Of a DNA stretch of 64,000 nt, positions 39,552 through 49,760 are shown piece by piece. The notes beneath the pieces are model-generated. The model was not told the origin of the DNA. It ran no database searches and saw only the letters and a list, made by a program, of their open reading frames with translations. The stretch is taken from contig JBBRLI010000007.1 in the NCBI GenBank assembly GCA_038231455.1, forward strand, positions 1 to 64,000, in the 5' to 3' direction. Position 1 is the first letter of the stretch, and every line of letters begins with the position of its first letter. The position numbers and the translations under genes were made by a program. The DNA comes from Vulcanimicrobiales bacterium (GTDB lineage: Bacteria; Vulcanimicrobiota; Vulcanimicrobiia; Vulcanimicrobiales; Vulcanimicrobiaceae).

Positions 39552-40742
39552 ATGATCCGGATCGTCGGCCTCGGGCCCGGAGACCCAGGGCTCCTCACCC
39601 TGGGCAGTCTCGAATCGCTACGGGCCGTCGGCCGCGCGGTCACCGTGCTGACCCCGCCCGAACTCACGCTGTTCCTGGAGACGCAGGGCGTAGCGCTCGT
39701 ACGCGACCGGGTTACCGATCAGCAGCTTTTCATCCGCGGCTCGAGCGAAGTGATCGACCACTTCGTCGAACGCGTCGACGAGGCGGATCTAGGCCTTGCC
39801 ATTCTCGGCAACCCACTCTCGGATTTTCCCGGTCTGCCGCAGTTGCTGCGCGCGCTCGAACGTCGCGGCGTCAGCGTGGAAATCGTCCCCGGCATGCCGC
39901 GGGCAACGCTCCAAGCCGCGATTACCATGCCGCTCGTCCCGCTGCCGCCGGGATCGATCCACCACTCGTGGGACGATCTGGTCGAAGTGATGGCGCGCCT
40001 GCGCCGCTCGTGTCCGTGGGATCGCGAGCAGACGCATCGTTCGCTCGTTCCGTATCTCCTCGAAGAGTCGTACGAAGTCACCGAGGCGATCGAAAACAAT
40101 AGTGAAGCCGAACTCTGTGAAGAACTCGGCGATCTCTTACTGCAGATCGTCTTTCACTCGCAGCTCGCAACGGAGACGGGTAAATTCTCCGTCGCCGATG
40201 TGATCGATGGACTTGCGAACAAGATGATCCGCCGTCATCCGCACGTGTTCGGCGACCAAGCCGCGAACAGCGTTGCCGAAGTGTGGACGAATTGGGAAGA
40301 ACTCAAATCCAAAGAAGCATCGGCCGCAAAACGCGAGTCGAAACTCGATGGCATTCCAAAAGCCCTCGGTGCGTTGCAGCGCTCACAAAAAATGCAAGAT
40401 AAAGCCTCGCGGGTCGGCTTCGATTGGCCCGATGCGCGCGCGGTCATCGACAAAATCGATGAAGAACTCGCCGAGCTTGCCGAAGCGCGCGCAAATGCCA
40501 AAGGCAAGCCCTCGGAGGACGCGCACATCCGTGAAGAACTCGGTGATGTACTCTTCTCTGTTGTGAACTTCTCGCGACAGCTCGGCATCGATGCAGAGGG
40601 CGCGCTGCGCGAAGCAAACGAGAAATTCTACCGCCGCTTCGGCTTCATGGAGACGCTCGCGCTCTCGCAAGGCCGCAAACTCGGCGATCTGTCACTTAAT
40701 GAACTCGAGGATTTGTGGCAGCAAGCCAAACGCGCGGCGTAG
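39552..40742 (+). CDS. mazG: YabN-type MazG nucleoside triphosphate pyrophosphohydrolase with degenerate N-terminal tetrapyrrole-methylase domain
   Basis: [10 protein letters not shown]-terminus; [33 protein letters not shown] and EELGDVLF. Confidence 0.93.
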   Translation: MIRIVGLGPGDPGLLTLGSLESLRAVGRAVTVLTPPELTLFLETQGVALVRDRVTDQQLFIRGSSEVIDHFVERVDEADLGLAILGNPLSDFPGLPQLLRALERRGVSVEIVPGMPRATLQAAITMPLVPLPPGSIHHSWDDLVEVMARLRRSCPWDREQTHRSLVPYLLEESYEVTEAIENNSEAELCEELGDLLLQIVFHSQLATETGKFSVADVIDGLANKMIRRHPHVFGDQAANSVAEVWTNWEELKSKEASAAKRESKLDGIPKALGALQRSQKMQDKASRVGFDWPDARAVIDKIDEELAELAEARANAKGKPSEDAHIREELGDVLFSVVNFSRQLGIDAEGALREANEKFYRRFGFMETLALSQGRKLGDLSLNELEDLWQQAKRAA

Positions 40743-40744
40743 CG

Positions 40745-41134
40745 GTGACCTTGCGCGTGCGAATGAGCGCGCACGACGCACACTACGGCGGCAATCTCGT
40801 TGATGGCGCACGTATTCTCGGACTGTTCGGCGACGTCGCAACCGAACTCCTGATCCGCGCGGACGGCGATGAGGGGCTCTTTGCTGCCTACGATCTGGTC
40901 GAGTTTAAAGCGCCGGTGTATGCGGGCGATTACATCGAAGCGCGCGGTTGGATCACGAAAACCGGCACGACGTCGCGCACGATGGAATTCGAAGCGTATA
41001 AAGTGATTTCACCACGACCCGACCTCTCGCCGAGCGCCGCCGACGTTCTCGAGGTGCCGGTGCTGGTCGTTCGCGCGCGCGGTACGTGCGTTACCCCAAA
41101 AGCGCAACAGCGAGGCCCCGCTGAGACTCGATAA
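40745..41134 (+). CDS. kal: Hotdog-fold protein, 3-aminobutyryl-CoA ammonia-lyase (Kal)-like
   Basis: [17 protein letters not shown]...[32 protein letters not shown], closely matching the Kal pattern. Confidence 0.8.
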   Translation: MTLRVRMSAHDAHYGGNLVDGARILGLFGDVATELLIRADGDEGLFAAYDLVEFKAPVYAGDYIEARGWITKTGTTSRTMEFEAYKVISPRPDLSPSAADVLEVPVLVVRARGTCVTPKAQQRGPAETR

Positions 41135-41396
41135 GTTCCTCAAAGTTTCGCGACTTTCGAAACGTCGGGCCGAAGCAAAAGACGGGATCGAAGCGGGCCG
41201 AGTCACGAAGAACGAGCGCGCGCTCAAGCCCGGCTACGACGTGAAGGTGGACGACGTGCTCGTCATCCACTATCGCACGAAGTTCTTGACCGTCCGCGTC
41301 AAGCTCGTCCCCGAGCGCGTGCTACCGTCGCTCAAACCGCTCGACATGTACGAGATCGTAGACGAACGCAAAGACGACCCGGTCGACTGGATGTAA
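41121..41396 (+). CDS. yabO: RNA-binding S4-domain protein (YabO/RqcP, Hsp15 family); CTG start; missing from ORF track
   Basis: CTG AGA CTC GAT AAG TTC = (M)[19 protein letters not shown]...[17 protein letters not shown] upstream; TAA at 41394. Confidence 0.9.
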   Translation: MRLDKFLKVSRLSKRRAEAKDGIEAGRVTKNERALKPGYDVKVDDVLVIHYRTKFLTVRVKLVPERVLPSLKPLDMYEIVDERKDDPVDWM

Positions 41397-42305
41397 GTGG
41401 CGCGCACGAACCTCTCCGCGGATGCCAAAGACGGGCTGACGCGGCTCTTGCCGGACGCCGTCCACTGCCGCGCTGCACTGCTGGCGGGTCTGGCATACTA
41501 CGGCGCGACGAAATCCGCCCACGGTCCCGTCTTTCGGACGCGACGGCTCGCCGTGGCACGGCTCTTCCGCACGCTCCTGGATGACGGTGCGAGCGGCGGC
41601 ATTCGCAAAGGTGCGGATTTGCGGCTCTACCGCACGACCAACTATGAGATCGATCTGCCGGACGCTGCCGTGCCGCCGAAAGCGCGCGCGCGCTGCGATC
41701 GGCGGATGGAACTGCGTGCGGCGTTTCTTGCGGTCGGGTCGCTCGCGGCGCCGGCCCACGGCTACCATCTCGAATTCGTCCTTGCCGACGCCGATCGCGC
41801 CGCGCGCCTGGAAGCGCTCTTTGCAACGGAGGGGCTGGACGCCAAGCGCACGACGCGCAAAGGCCGGATCGTCGTCTATTTCAAAGGCCTCGATCCGATC
41901 GTCGCCGCGCTCGTCGCGATCGGTGCGCATTCGGCGGTGCTGCACCTCGAAGACGTGCGGGCGATGAAAGAGACCAAAAACCGCATCCATCGTCTGGTGA
42001 ACACCGAGACGGCCAATGTCGTCCGGGCGGCGAGCGCTGCAGCTGCCCAGCGCGACGCGATTACCTACCTTGCGGATGCCTATGGCTTGCGCAATCTCTC
42101 CCCGCCGCTGCGCGAGGCCGCACATCTGCGCCTCAGCTATCCCGATGAGACGCTCGCGGAGCTGGGCCGGCGGGCCCAGCCGCCGGTCGGCAAAGCGACG
42201 ATCAACGGGCGTATCGCCGCGCTCCTACGCCTGGTCAAACGGCTCCGCGAGCCCGAAACAAAAGGGAGCCTCGCAATCGCCCGGCTAACGGAAAAAACTT
42301 CCTAA
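41397..42305 (+). CDS. whiA: DNA-binding protein WhiA
   Basis: AFLAVGSL..P..GYHLEF, NRIHRLVNTETAN, LRLSYPDETLAELG and GKATINGR. Confidence 0.9.
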   Translation: MARTNLSADAKDGLTRLLPDAVHCRAALLAGLAYYGATKSAHGPVFRTRRLAVARLFRTLLDDGASGGIRKGADLRLYRTTNYEIDLPDAAVPPKARARCDRRMELRAAFLAVGSLAAPAHGYHLEFVLADADRAARLEALFATEGLDAKRTTRKGRIVVYFKGLDPIVAALVAIGAHSAVLHLEDVRAMKETKNRIHRLVNTETANVVRAASAAAAQRDAITYLADAYGLRNLSPPLREAAHLRLSYPDETLAELGRRAQPPVGKATINGRIAALLRLVKRLREPETKGSLAIARLTEKTS

Positions 42306-42328
42306 CGCATCTTCGGAGGACAGCGCAC

Positions 42329-43342
42329 GTGCGCATCGGCATCAACGGATTCGGCCGCATCGGCCGTAATTATATGAAGGCACTCATGGAGCGGCACCCC
42401 TCGCTCGAAGTCGCCGCGGTCAACGACCTCACGAGTGCCGCCGAATGCGCGCATCTCTTCAAGTACGATTCGAATTACGGGACGTTCCCGGGCGAGGTTC
42501 GGGCCGCGGGAAACGGCATCACGATCGACGGTCGGCAAATCGCCGTGACCGCCGAACGCGATCCAGCCAAGATCCAATGGTCGAGCTTCGGTGTCGACGT
42601 GGTGATCGAATCAACCGGCCTCTTTACCGACGCCGATAAAGCGCGCGCGCACATCGACGGCGGCGGCGCAAAGAAAGTCATCATCTCCGCGCCCGCCAAA
42701 GGCGAGGATATCACGCTGGTCCTGGGCGTAAACGATCAGAACTACGATCCCGGCAAGCACCATATCATCTCCAACGCCTCGTGCACGACCAACTGTCTTG
42801 CGACGGCCGTCAAGCCGATCGTCGATGCACTCGGATGGAAAAAGGGCTTCATGTCCACCATTCACTCGTACACGAACGACCAAAACATTTTGGATGCGCC
42901 GCACAAAGATTTGCGTCGCGCTCGCAACGCCGCAACGAACATCATTCCGACCTCGACCGGCGCTGCCAAGGCGTTGTACCTGACGATTCCCGAGATCAAA
43001 GGCACCTTCGACGGCTTTGCCTTGCGCGTGCCGACGGCGACCGTCTCGATGGTCTACCTCGTCGCGCAGACGAAAAAAGAAACGACCAAAGACGAACTCA
43101 ACGCGATTCTCAAGAATGCCGCAAACGGCTCGATGAAACACGTCATGACCTACACCGAGGAAGAACTCGTCTCGAGCGACTACAAGCGCAATTCCTCGAG
43201 TTCCATTCTCGACGGTCACCTCACGGGCGCAAACGGCGATCTCATTCAGATCGGCGCCTGGTACGACAACGAGTGGGGTTACTCGTGCCGCCTCGCCGAC
43301 GTGACGGCGATGGTGCTCGCGAAGATGCCGGCGGGCGTATGA
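42329..43342 (+). CDS. gap: Type I glyceraldehyde-3-phosphate dehydrogenase
   Basis: GINGFGRIGR, SNASCTTNCL, HSYTNDQ and WYDNEWGY; GGAGG RBS. Confidence 0.97.
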   Translation: MRIGINGFGRIGRNYMKALMERHPSLEVAAVNDLTSAAECAHLFKYDSNYGTFPGEVRAAGNGITIDGRQIAVTAERDPAKIQWSSFGVDVVIESTGLFTDADKARAHIDGGGAKKVIISAPAKGEDITLVLGVNDQNYDPGKHHIISNASCTTNCLATAVKPIVDALGWKKGFMSTIHSYTNDQNILDAPHKDLRRARNAATNIIPTSTGAAKALYLTIPEIKGTFDGFALRVPTATVSMVYLVAQTKKETTKDELNAILKNAANGSMKHVMTYTEEELVSSDYKRNSSSSILDGHLTGANGDLIQIGAWYDNEWGYSCRLADVTAMVLAKMPAGV

Positions 43343-45330
43343 TCGTGCGCCGCGCGCTGCCGGCGCTCGTATTCTTCGCATCGCTCACACTCGCGCCGCA
43401 TGTCGGCGCGAGTGCTGCGTCATCCCCGCTCACACTTGCGGGCTTGCGCGACATCGTCGGCGTCGGATCGCCCAAGCTCTCGCCCGATGGCAAGAGCGCG
43501 ATCGTCACCGTCTCGCACGTCGACTTCAAAGCGAACAAAAATAAGACGCAGATCGAACTGCTCGATATCGCGACCGGCGCGCGGCGCCCCCTCACGTACG
43601 ACCGCAAAGGCATCAGCGATCCGACCTGGTCGCCGAGCGGCGACCGGATCGCGTTCCTCGCCGACGACAACGACGCAACGCAGCTCTTCGTTCTCGACCT
43701 GCGCGGCGGCGAAGCGCGCAAAGTGACAAGCGAGGCCGAAGGCGTCGACCAGTACGCGTGGCGTCCCGATGGCAATGGTTTTGCCATCGTCGTAACCGAC
43801 GCCGCACCCAAGAAAAAACTGCCCGATAAAAATCGCGATGCCTTCGTCGTCACGAACAACGACTATCTTAAAAAAGCGGCCGTGCGGCCCGCGCATCTCT
43901 ACACCGTCGATGCTGCCGGTGGGAACGCAAAACGCCTGACTCGCGGCACGTGGAGTGTCGCAACCGGCGAGGCCACTTCGAGCATTTCGTGGTCGGCCGA
44001 CGGTTCGAAGATCGCCTTCACGAAAGCCCCGAACGCGATTCTCAATGACGCTGACGGCGCGACCGTGCAGACGGTCGATGTCGCAACCGGGACGCTCGCG
44101 CCGATTTCCGCGCACACGCAGCACGAACGCGATCCGCTCTACTCCCCCGATGGGACAAAGGTCGCCTATACCTATTCCGACGGCGACAACCAAATCAATC
44201 TGAACGAAGCATTCATCACCTCACCCGGAAGCGGGAACGGCACCGCCGTCTCGCACGCCTACGATCGTCCGGTCGGCGACTTTGCGTGGCGTCCCGACTC
44301 AAGCGGCATCGTCTTTGCGACCGCCGATCATACCCAGCGCGTGCTGGTCGATGCGCCGTTGAACGGCACGCCGAAGAAAATCGACACGGGAAACATCAGC
44401 GTCGGCTCGCAGCTCGAAGGCGAGATCGGCAAAGACGGGACGATCGTCTTTAGCGGCACGACTCCCAGTCGGCCAAGCGAAGTCTACGTGCTCGCTCCCG
44501 GCGGGACGCCGCGTCAACTCACGCACTATAACGATGCAACGGCCGCGCTCGCACTGGGCAGCGTCGAACCGCTTGACTTCACGACCGACGACGGTATGCA
44601 AAGCGATGCGACGCTGACGTATCCGGTCGGCTACACCGCGGGCAAGTCGTATCCGCTCATGGTACTCATTCATGGCGGTCCGACGGCGGCCTCACTGCAG
44701 ACGTTCGATCGCCTCGGTCAACTCATGGCCGCGCGCGGGTGGTTTGTCTTGCAGCCGAATTATCGCGGCAGTAATAACCTGGGGCTTGCGTACCAGCGCG
44801 CGATTCTCTATCACGCTGCCGACGGTCCCGGCCGCGACATCATGGCGGCGCTCGCTGCGGCTCAGAAAAAAGTCAGCGTCGATCCCAAGCGCATCGGCGT
44901 CTCAGGCTGGTCGTACGGTGGAATCATGACCGGCTGGATGATAACGCACTATCACGTGTGGCGCGCGGCGATGTCGGGTGCGGGCGTGCACGACTGGATT
45001 CTCGACTACGCCGTCGCCGACGATCTCAATGGTGACCGCGAACTCTTCCACGGCTCGCCCTTCGTCGGCAACAACCGCGCCGAGTATCTCGCGCAGTCGC
45101 CGCTGACCTTTGCAAAAGACGTCACGACGCCGCTCTTGATTCTCTCCGATGTCGGCGACGCGCGGGTGCCGATCGTTGAGGGCTACGAGCTCTTCCACGC
45201 GCTGCGCGACATGCATAAACCCGTGCAGATGTATGCGTACCCGATCGCGGGCCACTTCCCCCGCGATCCGGTCCACATCGACGATCTGTACGGCCGCTGG
45301 GTCGACTACTTCGCGGCGTCGTTCAAATAA
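43339..45330 (+). CDS. Secreted S9-family (DAP2/acylaminoacyl) peptidase
   Basis: ATG overlaps the gap stop; signal peptide; WSP-type beta-propeller repeats; IHGGP, NYRGS, GWSYGG nucleophile, GDARVP and GH. Confidence 0.92.
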   Translation: MIVRRALPALVFFASLTLAPHVGASAASSPLTLAGLRDIVGVGSPKLSPDGKSAIVTVSHVDFKANKNKTQIELLDIATGARRPLTYDRKGISDPTWSPSGDRIAFLADDNDATQLFVLDLRGGEARKVTSEAEGVDQYAWRPDGNGFAIVVTDAAPKKKLPDKNRDAFVVTNNDYLKKAAVRPAHLYTVDAAGGNAKRLTRGTWSVATGEATSSISWSADGSKIAFTKAPNAILNDADGATVQTVDVATGTLAPISAHTQHERDPLYSPDGTKVAYTYSDGDNQINLNEAFITSPGSGNGTAVSHAYDRPVGDFAWRPDSSGIVFATADHTQRVLVDAPLNGTPKKIDTGNISVGSQLEGEIGKDGTIVFSGTTPSRPSEVYVLAPGGTPRQLTHYNDATAALALGSVEPLDFTTDDGMQSDATLTYPVGYTAGKSYPLMVLIHGGPTAASLQTFDRLGQLMAARGWFVLQPNYRGSNNLGLAYQRAILYHAADGPGRDIMAALAAAQKKVSVDPKRIGVSGWSYGGIMTGWMITHYHVWRAAMSGAGVHDWILDYAVADDLNGDRELFHGSPFVGNNRAEYLAQSPLTFAKDVTTPLLILSDVGDARVPIVEGYELFHALRDMHKPVQMYAYPIAGHFPRDPVHIDDLYGRWVDYFAASFK

Positions 45331-45337
45331 GGACACG

Positions 45338-46537
45338 ATGAACTTCCTTACCTTGCGCGATCTCGACGTTCGCGGCAAACGCGTACTCGTGCGTGAAGAT
45401 CTCAACGTGCCAATGAAGAACGGCGCGGTCGGCGACGAAACACGGATCACCGCCGCCTTGCCGACGCTGCGCTACCTGATGGACGGCGGCGCGCGCGTCA
45501 TCGTGCTTTCGCATCTCGGGCGCCCCGACGGCCACGTCGTCCCCGCGCTTACTCTTGCTCCGATCGCAAAACGGCTTGGCGAGCGGCTCGGCGTCGCCGT
45601 TGGATTTGTCCCCGACTGCATCGGTGAGGCATGCGTCGATGCGAGCAACGCGCTTGCGCCGGGCGGCATCGTCGTCTTCGAAAACGTACGCTTTCATCCC
45701 GAAGAAGAAGCGAACGACCCGCTCTTCGCGCGTGAACTCGCCGCCAGCGGCGATTGCTATGTCAACGATGCATTCGGCACGGCGCACCGCGCACACGCAT
45801 CGACCGCCGGCGTCGCAGCGGACCTCCCCGCAGCCGCCGGTTTGTTGATGGAGTCGGAACTCCACGCACTCGGCGCGCTCATCGACCACCCCGCGCATCC
45901 GTTCGTGTGCGCGATCGGGGGCTCGAAAGTCGCCGACAAGGTCGGCGTCTTCACGCATCTGATGGATCGCGTCGATGCCTTCGTGGTGGGTGGCGGAATG
46001 GCGAACACGTTTCTTGCCGCACAGGGGATCGACGTCGGCACGTCGCTGCGCGACAAAGACTTGGATCCCGCGACGAAAATTATCGCGCTTGCCAAAGCGC
46101 GAAACGTCGCCTTGCATCTGCCGACGGATGCCGTCGTCGCCGATGCGTTCGATGCTGACGGCAGCGCCAAAACGGTCGACCTTGCCGACCTCGGATCGCG
46201 GATGATTTTGGATATCGGTCCGAAGAGCGCGGCGCGGTATGCCGACGTTTTGCGCGCGGCAAAGACCATCGTCTTCAACGGCCCGATGGGCGTCTACGAG
46301 AAGACGCCCTATCAAGGCGGCACGCGCACGATCGGTGAGGCGATAGCTGCTGCGACCAGCGCCGGCGCAACAAGCGTCGTCGGCGGCGGCGATGCAGCAG
46401 CAGCCGCGCACGAACTCGGTTTTGCCGACGCCATGACGCACGTCAGCACCGGCGGCGGCGCGACGCTCGAATTTCTCGAGGGCAAGACGTTGCCGGGCGT
46501 CCAGGCACTCATCGACGCGACGAAAGCCGCGCGCTAG
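45338..46537 (+). CDS. pgk: Phosphoglycerate kinase
   Basis: [34 protein letters not shown] and [13 protein letters not shown]. Confidence 0.97.
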   Translation: MNFLTLRDLDVRGKRVLVREDLNVPMKNGAVGDETRITAALPTLRYLMDGGARVIVLSHLGRPDGHVVPALTLAPIAKRLGERLGVAVGFVPDCIGEACVDASNALAPGGIVVFENVRFHPEEEANDPLFARELAASGDCYVNDAFGTAHRAHASTAGVAADLPAAAGLLMESELHALGALIDHPAHPFVCAIGGSKVADKVGVFTHLMDRVDAFVVGGGMANTFLAAQGIDVGTSLRDKDLDPATKIIALAKARNVALHLPTDAVVADAFDADGSAKTVDLADLGSRMILDIGPKSAARYADVLRAAKTIVFNGPMGVYEKTPYQGGTRTIGEAIAAATSAGATSVVGGGDAAAAAHELGFADAMTHVSTGGGATLEFLEGKTLPGVQALIDATKAAR

Positions 46538-47290
46538 GTGCGCAAACCCTTAATCGCCGGCAACTGGAAAATGCACAAGACGATCGCCGACGCACTCGCG
46601 TTCGTCGGTGCGTTTCTCGCCAGTGGCGATGCGGGCGGCGAACATGTCGACGTCGTGATCGCGCCGCCGTTTACCGCGCTCTACGCGCTCGCGACGGCCG
46701 TCGAAGGTTCGACGATCGCACTCGCCGCGCAAACCATGCACTGGGCCCAACAAGGCGCGTTCACCGGCGAAATTTCCCCGCTCATGCTCAGCGACATCGG
46801 CGTGAAATACGTGATCCTCGGACACAGCGAACGGCGCGCGATGTACGGTGAGATGGACGACGACATCAACCTCAAGGTAAAGTCCGCGCTCGCACACGGC
46901 CTTACCCCGATCGTCGCGGTCGGCGAGACCGCCGCCGAACATCATTCGGGTCTAGCACACGAACGCGTGGTGGCGCAGACGCGCGCAGCTTTTGACGATA
47001 TCGCACCGGGCGACATCGCGCAGTGCGTCGTCGCCTACGAACCCATCTGGGCGATCGGGACCGGTCATGCCGACAGCCCCGCAAGCGCCAACGCCGTGAT
47101 GGGCACGATCCGCAACTGCGTTGCGGGACTTGCCGACGCGCGCATTCTTTACGGCGGCAGCGTCAAACCCGAAAATATCGCCTCACTCATGGCGCAACCG
47201 AACGTCGATGGCGGCCTCGTCGGCGGTGCCAGCCTCACCGTCGATTCGTTTGTGCCGCTCGTTCGCCACGCACGGAGAATCCTTGCCTAA
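46538..47290 (+). CDS. tpiA: Triosephosphate isomerase
   Basis: AGNWKM, GAFTGE, GHSERR, AYEPIWAIGTG, YGGSV and LVGGAS. Confidence 0.97.
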   Translation: MRKPLIAGNWKMHKTIADALAFVGAFLASGDAGGEHVDVVIAPPFTALYALATAVEGSTIALAAQTMHWAQQGAFTGEISPLMLSDIGVKYVILGHSERRAMYGEMDDDINLKVKSALAHGLTPIVAVGETAAEHHSGLAHERVVAQTRAAFDDIAPGDIAQCVVAYEPIWAIGTGHADSPASANAVMGTIRNCVAGLADARILYGGSVKPENIASLMAQPNVDGGLVGGASLTVDSFVPLVRHARRILA

Positions 47291-48824
47291 TCGACGTCCG
47301 CCCCTCGTGCTCTGCATCCTCGATGGGTGGGGAACGCGATCCGAAACCTACGGCAACGCCATCGCCGCCGCCGACTTACCGAACTGGCATCGTATCCTTA
47401 GTACCGCGGCGGTCACGGATATCGATGCAAGCGGTGAGGCCGTGGGTCTGCCCGCAGGTGTCATGGGCAATAGTGAAGTCGGGCACATCAATATTGGCTC
47501 GGGGCGCGTGGTTCCGCAGGGCCTTGTCGTGATCAACGAGAGCGTCGAGGACGGATCGTTTGCAAAAAACGGCGTCCTTGCCGACGTCATCGCTCACGCG
47601 CGAAAAAATCACGGGACGGTCCGCTTCATCGGTCTTGTCTCCGAGGGCAACGTCCACTCTGCGCAAACGCACCTCGAAGCGCTCGTTGCCGCCGTTCCAG
47701 CCGACGTGCCGCTACTCGTGGATGCGTTTCTCGACGGCCGCGACGTGCCGCCGCGTTCGGCCGAAAAATATCTCACCAATCTCGATGCGTACTTAATCGC
47801 ACACGGGCGACCGAACGCAATTGCCACGATCGGCGGGCGTTTTTACGCGATGGATCGCGATAAGCGTTGGGATCGAACGCACAAAGCCTACGAAGTGCTG
47901 GTTAACGGCAAAGCCGATCAGCACGCAGCAAACGCTCTCGAGGCACTCCACGCTGCCTATGCGCGGGGCGAGAACGACGAGTTTGTCGTTCCCACGATCG
48001 TTGGCGAGGCGCGGCCGATTCAAGACGGCGACGCGGTCATCTTCTTCAACTTCCGTCCCGACCGCGCGCGTCAACTGACGATGGCGTTCTCGGGCGTCGA
48101 TTTCCACGAGTTCCCCGTGCGCAATTTTAGCGACTTCGTGTTCGCAACGATGACCCGCTACGAGGAGAACTTCACCAATCCCATTCTCTTTGGCCCTCGG
48201 CCACAGTCGGATACCTTCGGTGAGATCATCGCGCGCGCCGGGCTCAAACAACTGCGCCTTGCTGAAACCGAGAAGTACGCGCACGTCACGTACTTCTTCA
48301 ACGGCGGACGCGAAGAAGTATTCGCAAACGAAGACCGCGTGCTCATCCCGAGCAATCGTCGCGTCGCAACGTACGATCTCGCTCCGGAAATGTCGGCCCA
48401 AGACATCACGGCCGCCGCGATCGAGGATCTCGCGCACCATCACCACGACGTGATCGTGATGAACTACGCCAATGCCGACATGGTCGGCCATACCGGCGTG
48501 TGGAACGCGACCGTCTCGGCGCTCGAAACGCTCGACGTTGCACTCGGCCGACTCGAACACGCCGTGCGATCCGCCGGCGGCATCCTTGCGATCACGGCCG
48601 ACCATGGGAACGCCGAGGAGAAACTCGACCCGGACGGCAACCCGCTCACAGCCCATACGACGAATCTCGTGCCTTTTGTCCTCATCGCGGAGCAGCCGCT
48701 GGGAACGCTCGCCGCCGGCGGAAAACTTGGCGATGTCGCCCCGACACTTCTCCCGCTGCTCGGTCTTGAAACGCCGCGTGAAATGACCGGAACCAATTTG
48801 CTCGCACCTGTAGGGGGAGCATAA
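47283..48824 (+). CDS. gpmI: 2,3-bisphosphoglycerate-independent phosphoglycerate mutase
   Basis: GGAGA RBS with TTG 47283; LDGWG, MGNSEVGH, YAMDRD, NFRPDRAR, ETEKYAHVT, DMVGHTG and TADHGN. Confidence 0.96.
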   Translation: MPNRRPPLVLCILDGWGTRSETYGNAIAAADLPNWHRILSTAAVTDIDASGEAVGLPAGVMGNSEVGHINIGSGRVVPQGLVVINESVEDGSFAKNGVLADVIAHARKNHGTVRFIGLVSEGNVHSAQTHLEALVAAVPADVPLLVDAFLDGRDVPPRSAEKYLTNLDAYLIAHGRPNAIATIGGRFYAMDRDKRWDRTHKAYEVLVNGKADQHAANALEALHAAYARGENDEFVVPTIVGEARPIQDGDAVIFFNFRPDRARQLTMAFSGVDFHEFPVRNFSDFVFATMTRYEENFTNPILFGPRPQSDTFGEIIARAGLKQLRLAETEKYAHVTYFFNGGREEVFANEDRVLIPSNRRVATYDLAPEMSAQDITAAAIEDLAHHHHDVIVMNYANADMVGHTGVWNATVSALETLDVALGRLEHAVRSAGGILAITADHGNAEEKLDPDGNPLTAHTTNLVPFVLIAEQPLGTLAAGGKLGDVAPTLLPLLGLETPREMTGTNLLAPVGGA

Positions 48825-49651
48825 TGAAACGGAAGTTACTGGATGAAGCCGCGGCACTTCTGCGCGATCGCGCGGGTGGGGCCATCGATTGCGCGGTGGT
48901 GCTCGGCTCGGGGATGGGCAACGTCTTTGCCGGACGGATCGATGCGAAGCCGATCGCGTACAAGAAGCTTGCGGGCATGCCCGAGCCGAGCGTACCCGGT
49001 CATGCGGGCGAAGTCACGATCGGCGAACTCCATGGACGAATGATAGCGGTCTTCTCAGGCCGCTTTCATCTTTACGAGGGGTACGATGCCCGCGAGGTGA
49101 TCTATCCGATCGCGGTCGCCGCCCATGCCGGCGCGCGAACGGTCGTACTCACCAACGCCGCGGGCGGACTCAACCGCGATTTCAGTCCGGGCGATTTGAT
49201 GATGCTCGACGACCACATCAACTTGACCGGGACGAACCCGCTCGCGGGCCCGCTGTTGCACGGCACGCAAACGCGCTTCGTCGACATGATCGATTGCTAC
49301 AACGTGCACTTGCGCGAACTCGCGCGGCATATCGCGAGCGAATACGCGATCATTATGCACACCGGCACCTACGTTGCCGTACCGGGCCCTTCGTATGAAA
49401 CGCAAGCTGAAGCAAAGGCGCTGCGTTCTCTTGGCGCGGATGCCGTCGGGATGTCGACGGTTCTCGAGACGATTGCGGCCCGCGCGCTCGGCTGCGATGT
49501 TGCTGCATTTAGTTTGATCACGAACATTCTTAGCGGCGCGCCAACGACCCACGAAGAGGTGCTCGCCGTCTCACAACGCGGCGCGGAGAGTATCGCGAAA
49601 CTCATCGAAGGCATCGTAGCGAACCTCGCCATTGCCTCCACCACCGTTTAA
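48824..49651 (+). CDS. punA: Purine-nucleoside phosphorylase (trimeric type)
   Basis: VLGSGMG, GHAG, GRFHLYEG, TNAAGG, GPSYET and VGMSTV. Confidence 0.93.
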   Translation: MKRKLLDEAAALLRDRAGGAIDCAVVLGSGMGNVFAGRIDAKPIAYKKLAGMPEPSVPGHAGEVTIGELHGRMIAVFSGRFHLYEGYDAREVIYPIAVAAHAGARTVVLTNAAGGLNRDFSPGDLMMLDDHINLTGTNPLAGPLLHGTQTRFVDMIDCYNVHLRELARHIASEYAIIMHTGTYVAVPGPSYETQAEAKALRSLGADAVGMSTVLETIAARALGCDVAAFSLITNILSGAPTTHEEVLAVSQRGAESIAKLIEGIVANLAIASTTV

Positions 49652-49658
49652 AAAGACC

Positions 49659-49673
49659 GGCACCATCGGTGCC
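49659..49673. promoter_or_regulatory. Palindrome GGCACC-ATC-GGTGCC (operator-like, copy 1)
   Basis: Perfect 6-bp inverted repeat; a near-identical site lies 72 bp downstream. Confidence 0.4.
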
Positions 49674-49722
49674 CGCGACGCGTTCCTGCCGGATGGCGGA
49701 GAAATCGTGTAAAATTCTCGCC

Positions 49723-49750
49723 TAAATAGTGGCACGATTCGTGCCGATTA
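49723..49750 (+). promoter_or_regulatory. Sigma28/SigD-like promoter of the MCP, overlapped by palindrome GGCACG-ATT-CGTGCC (49731-49745)
   Basis: TAAA-N16-GCCGATTA ending 10 nt before ATG 49761; the known consensus is TAAA-N15/16-GCCGATA(A/T). Confidence 0.6.
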
Positions 49751-49760
49751 CCGCTAGATA

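Noticed and set aside
42781-43338. N-terminal extension of the S9 peptidase; similar extensions of uxs, pgk, gpmI, EamA, GNAT, pdp and the 4794 ORF
   Set aside because: They overlap neighbouring real genes; signal peptides, RBSs or family N-termini define downstream starts.
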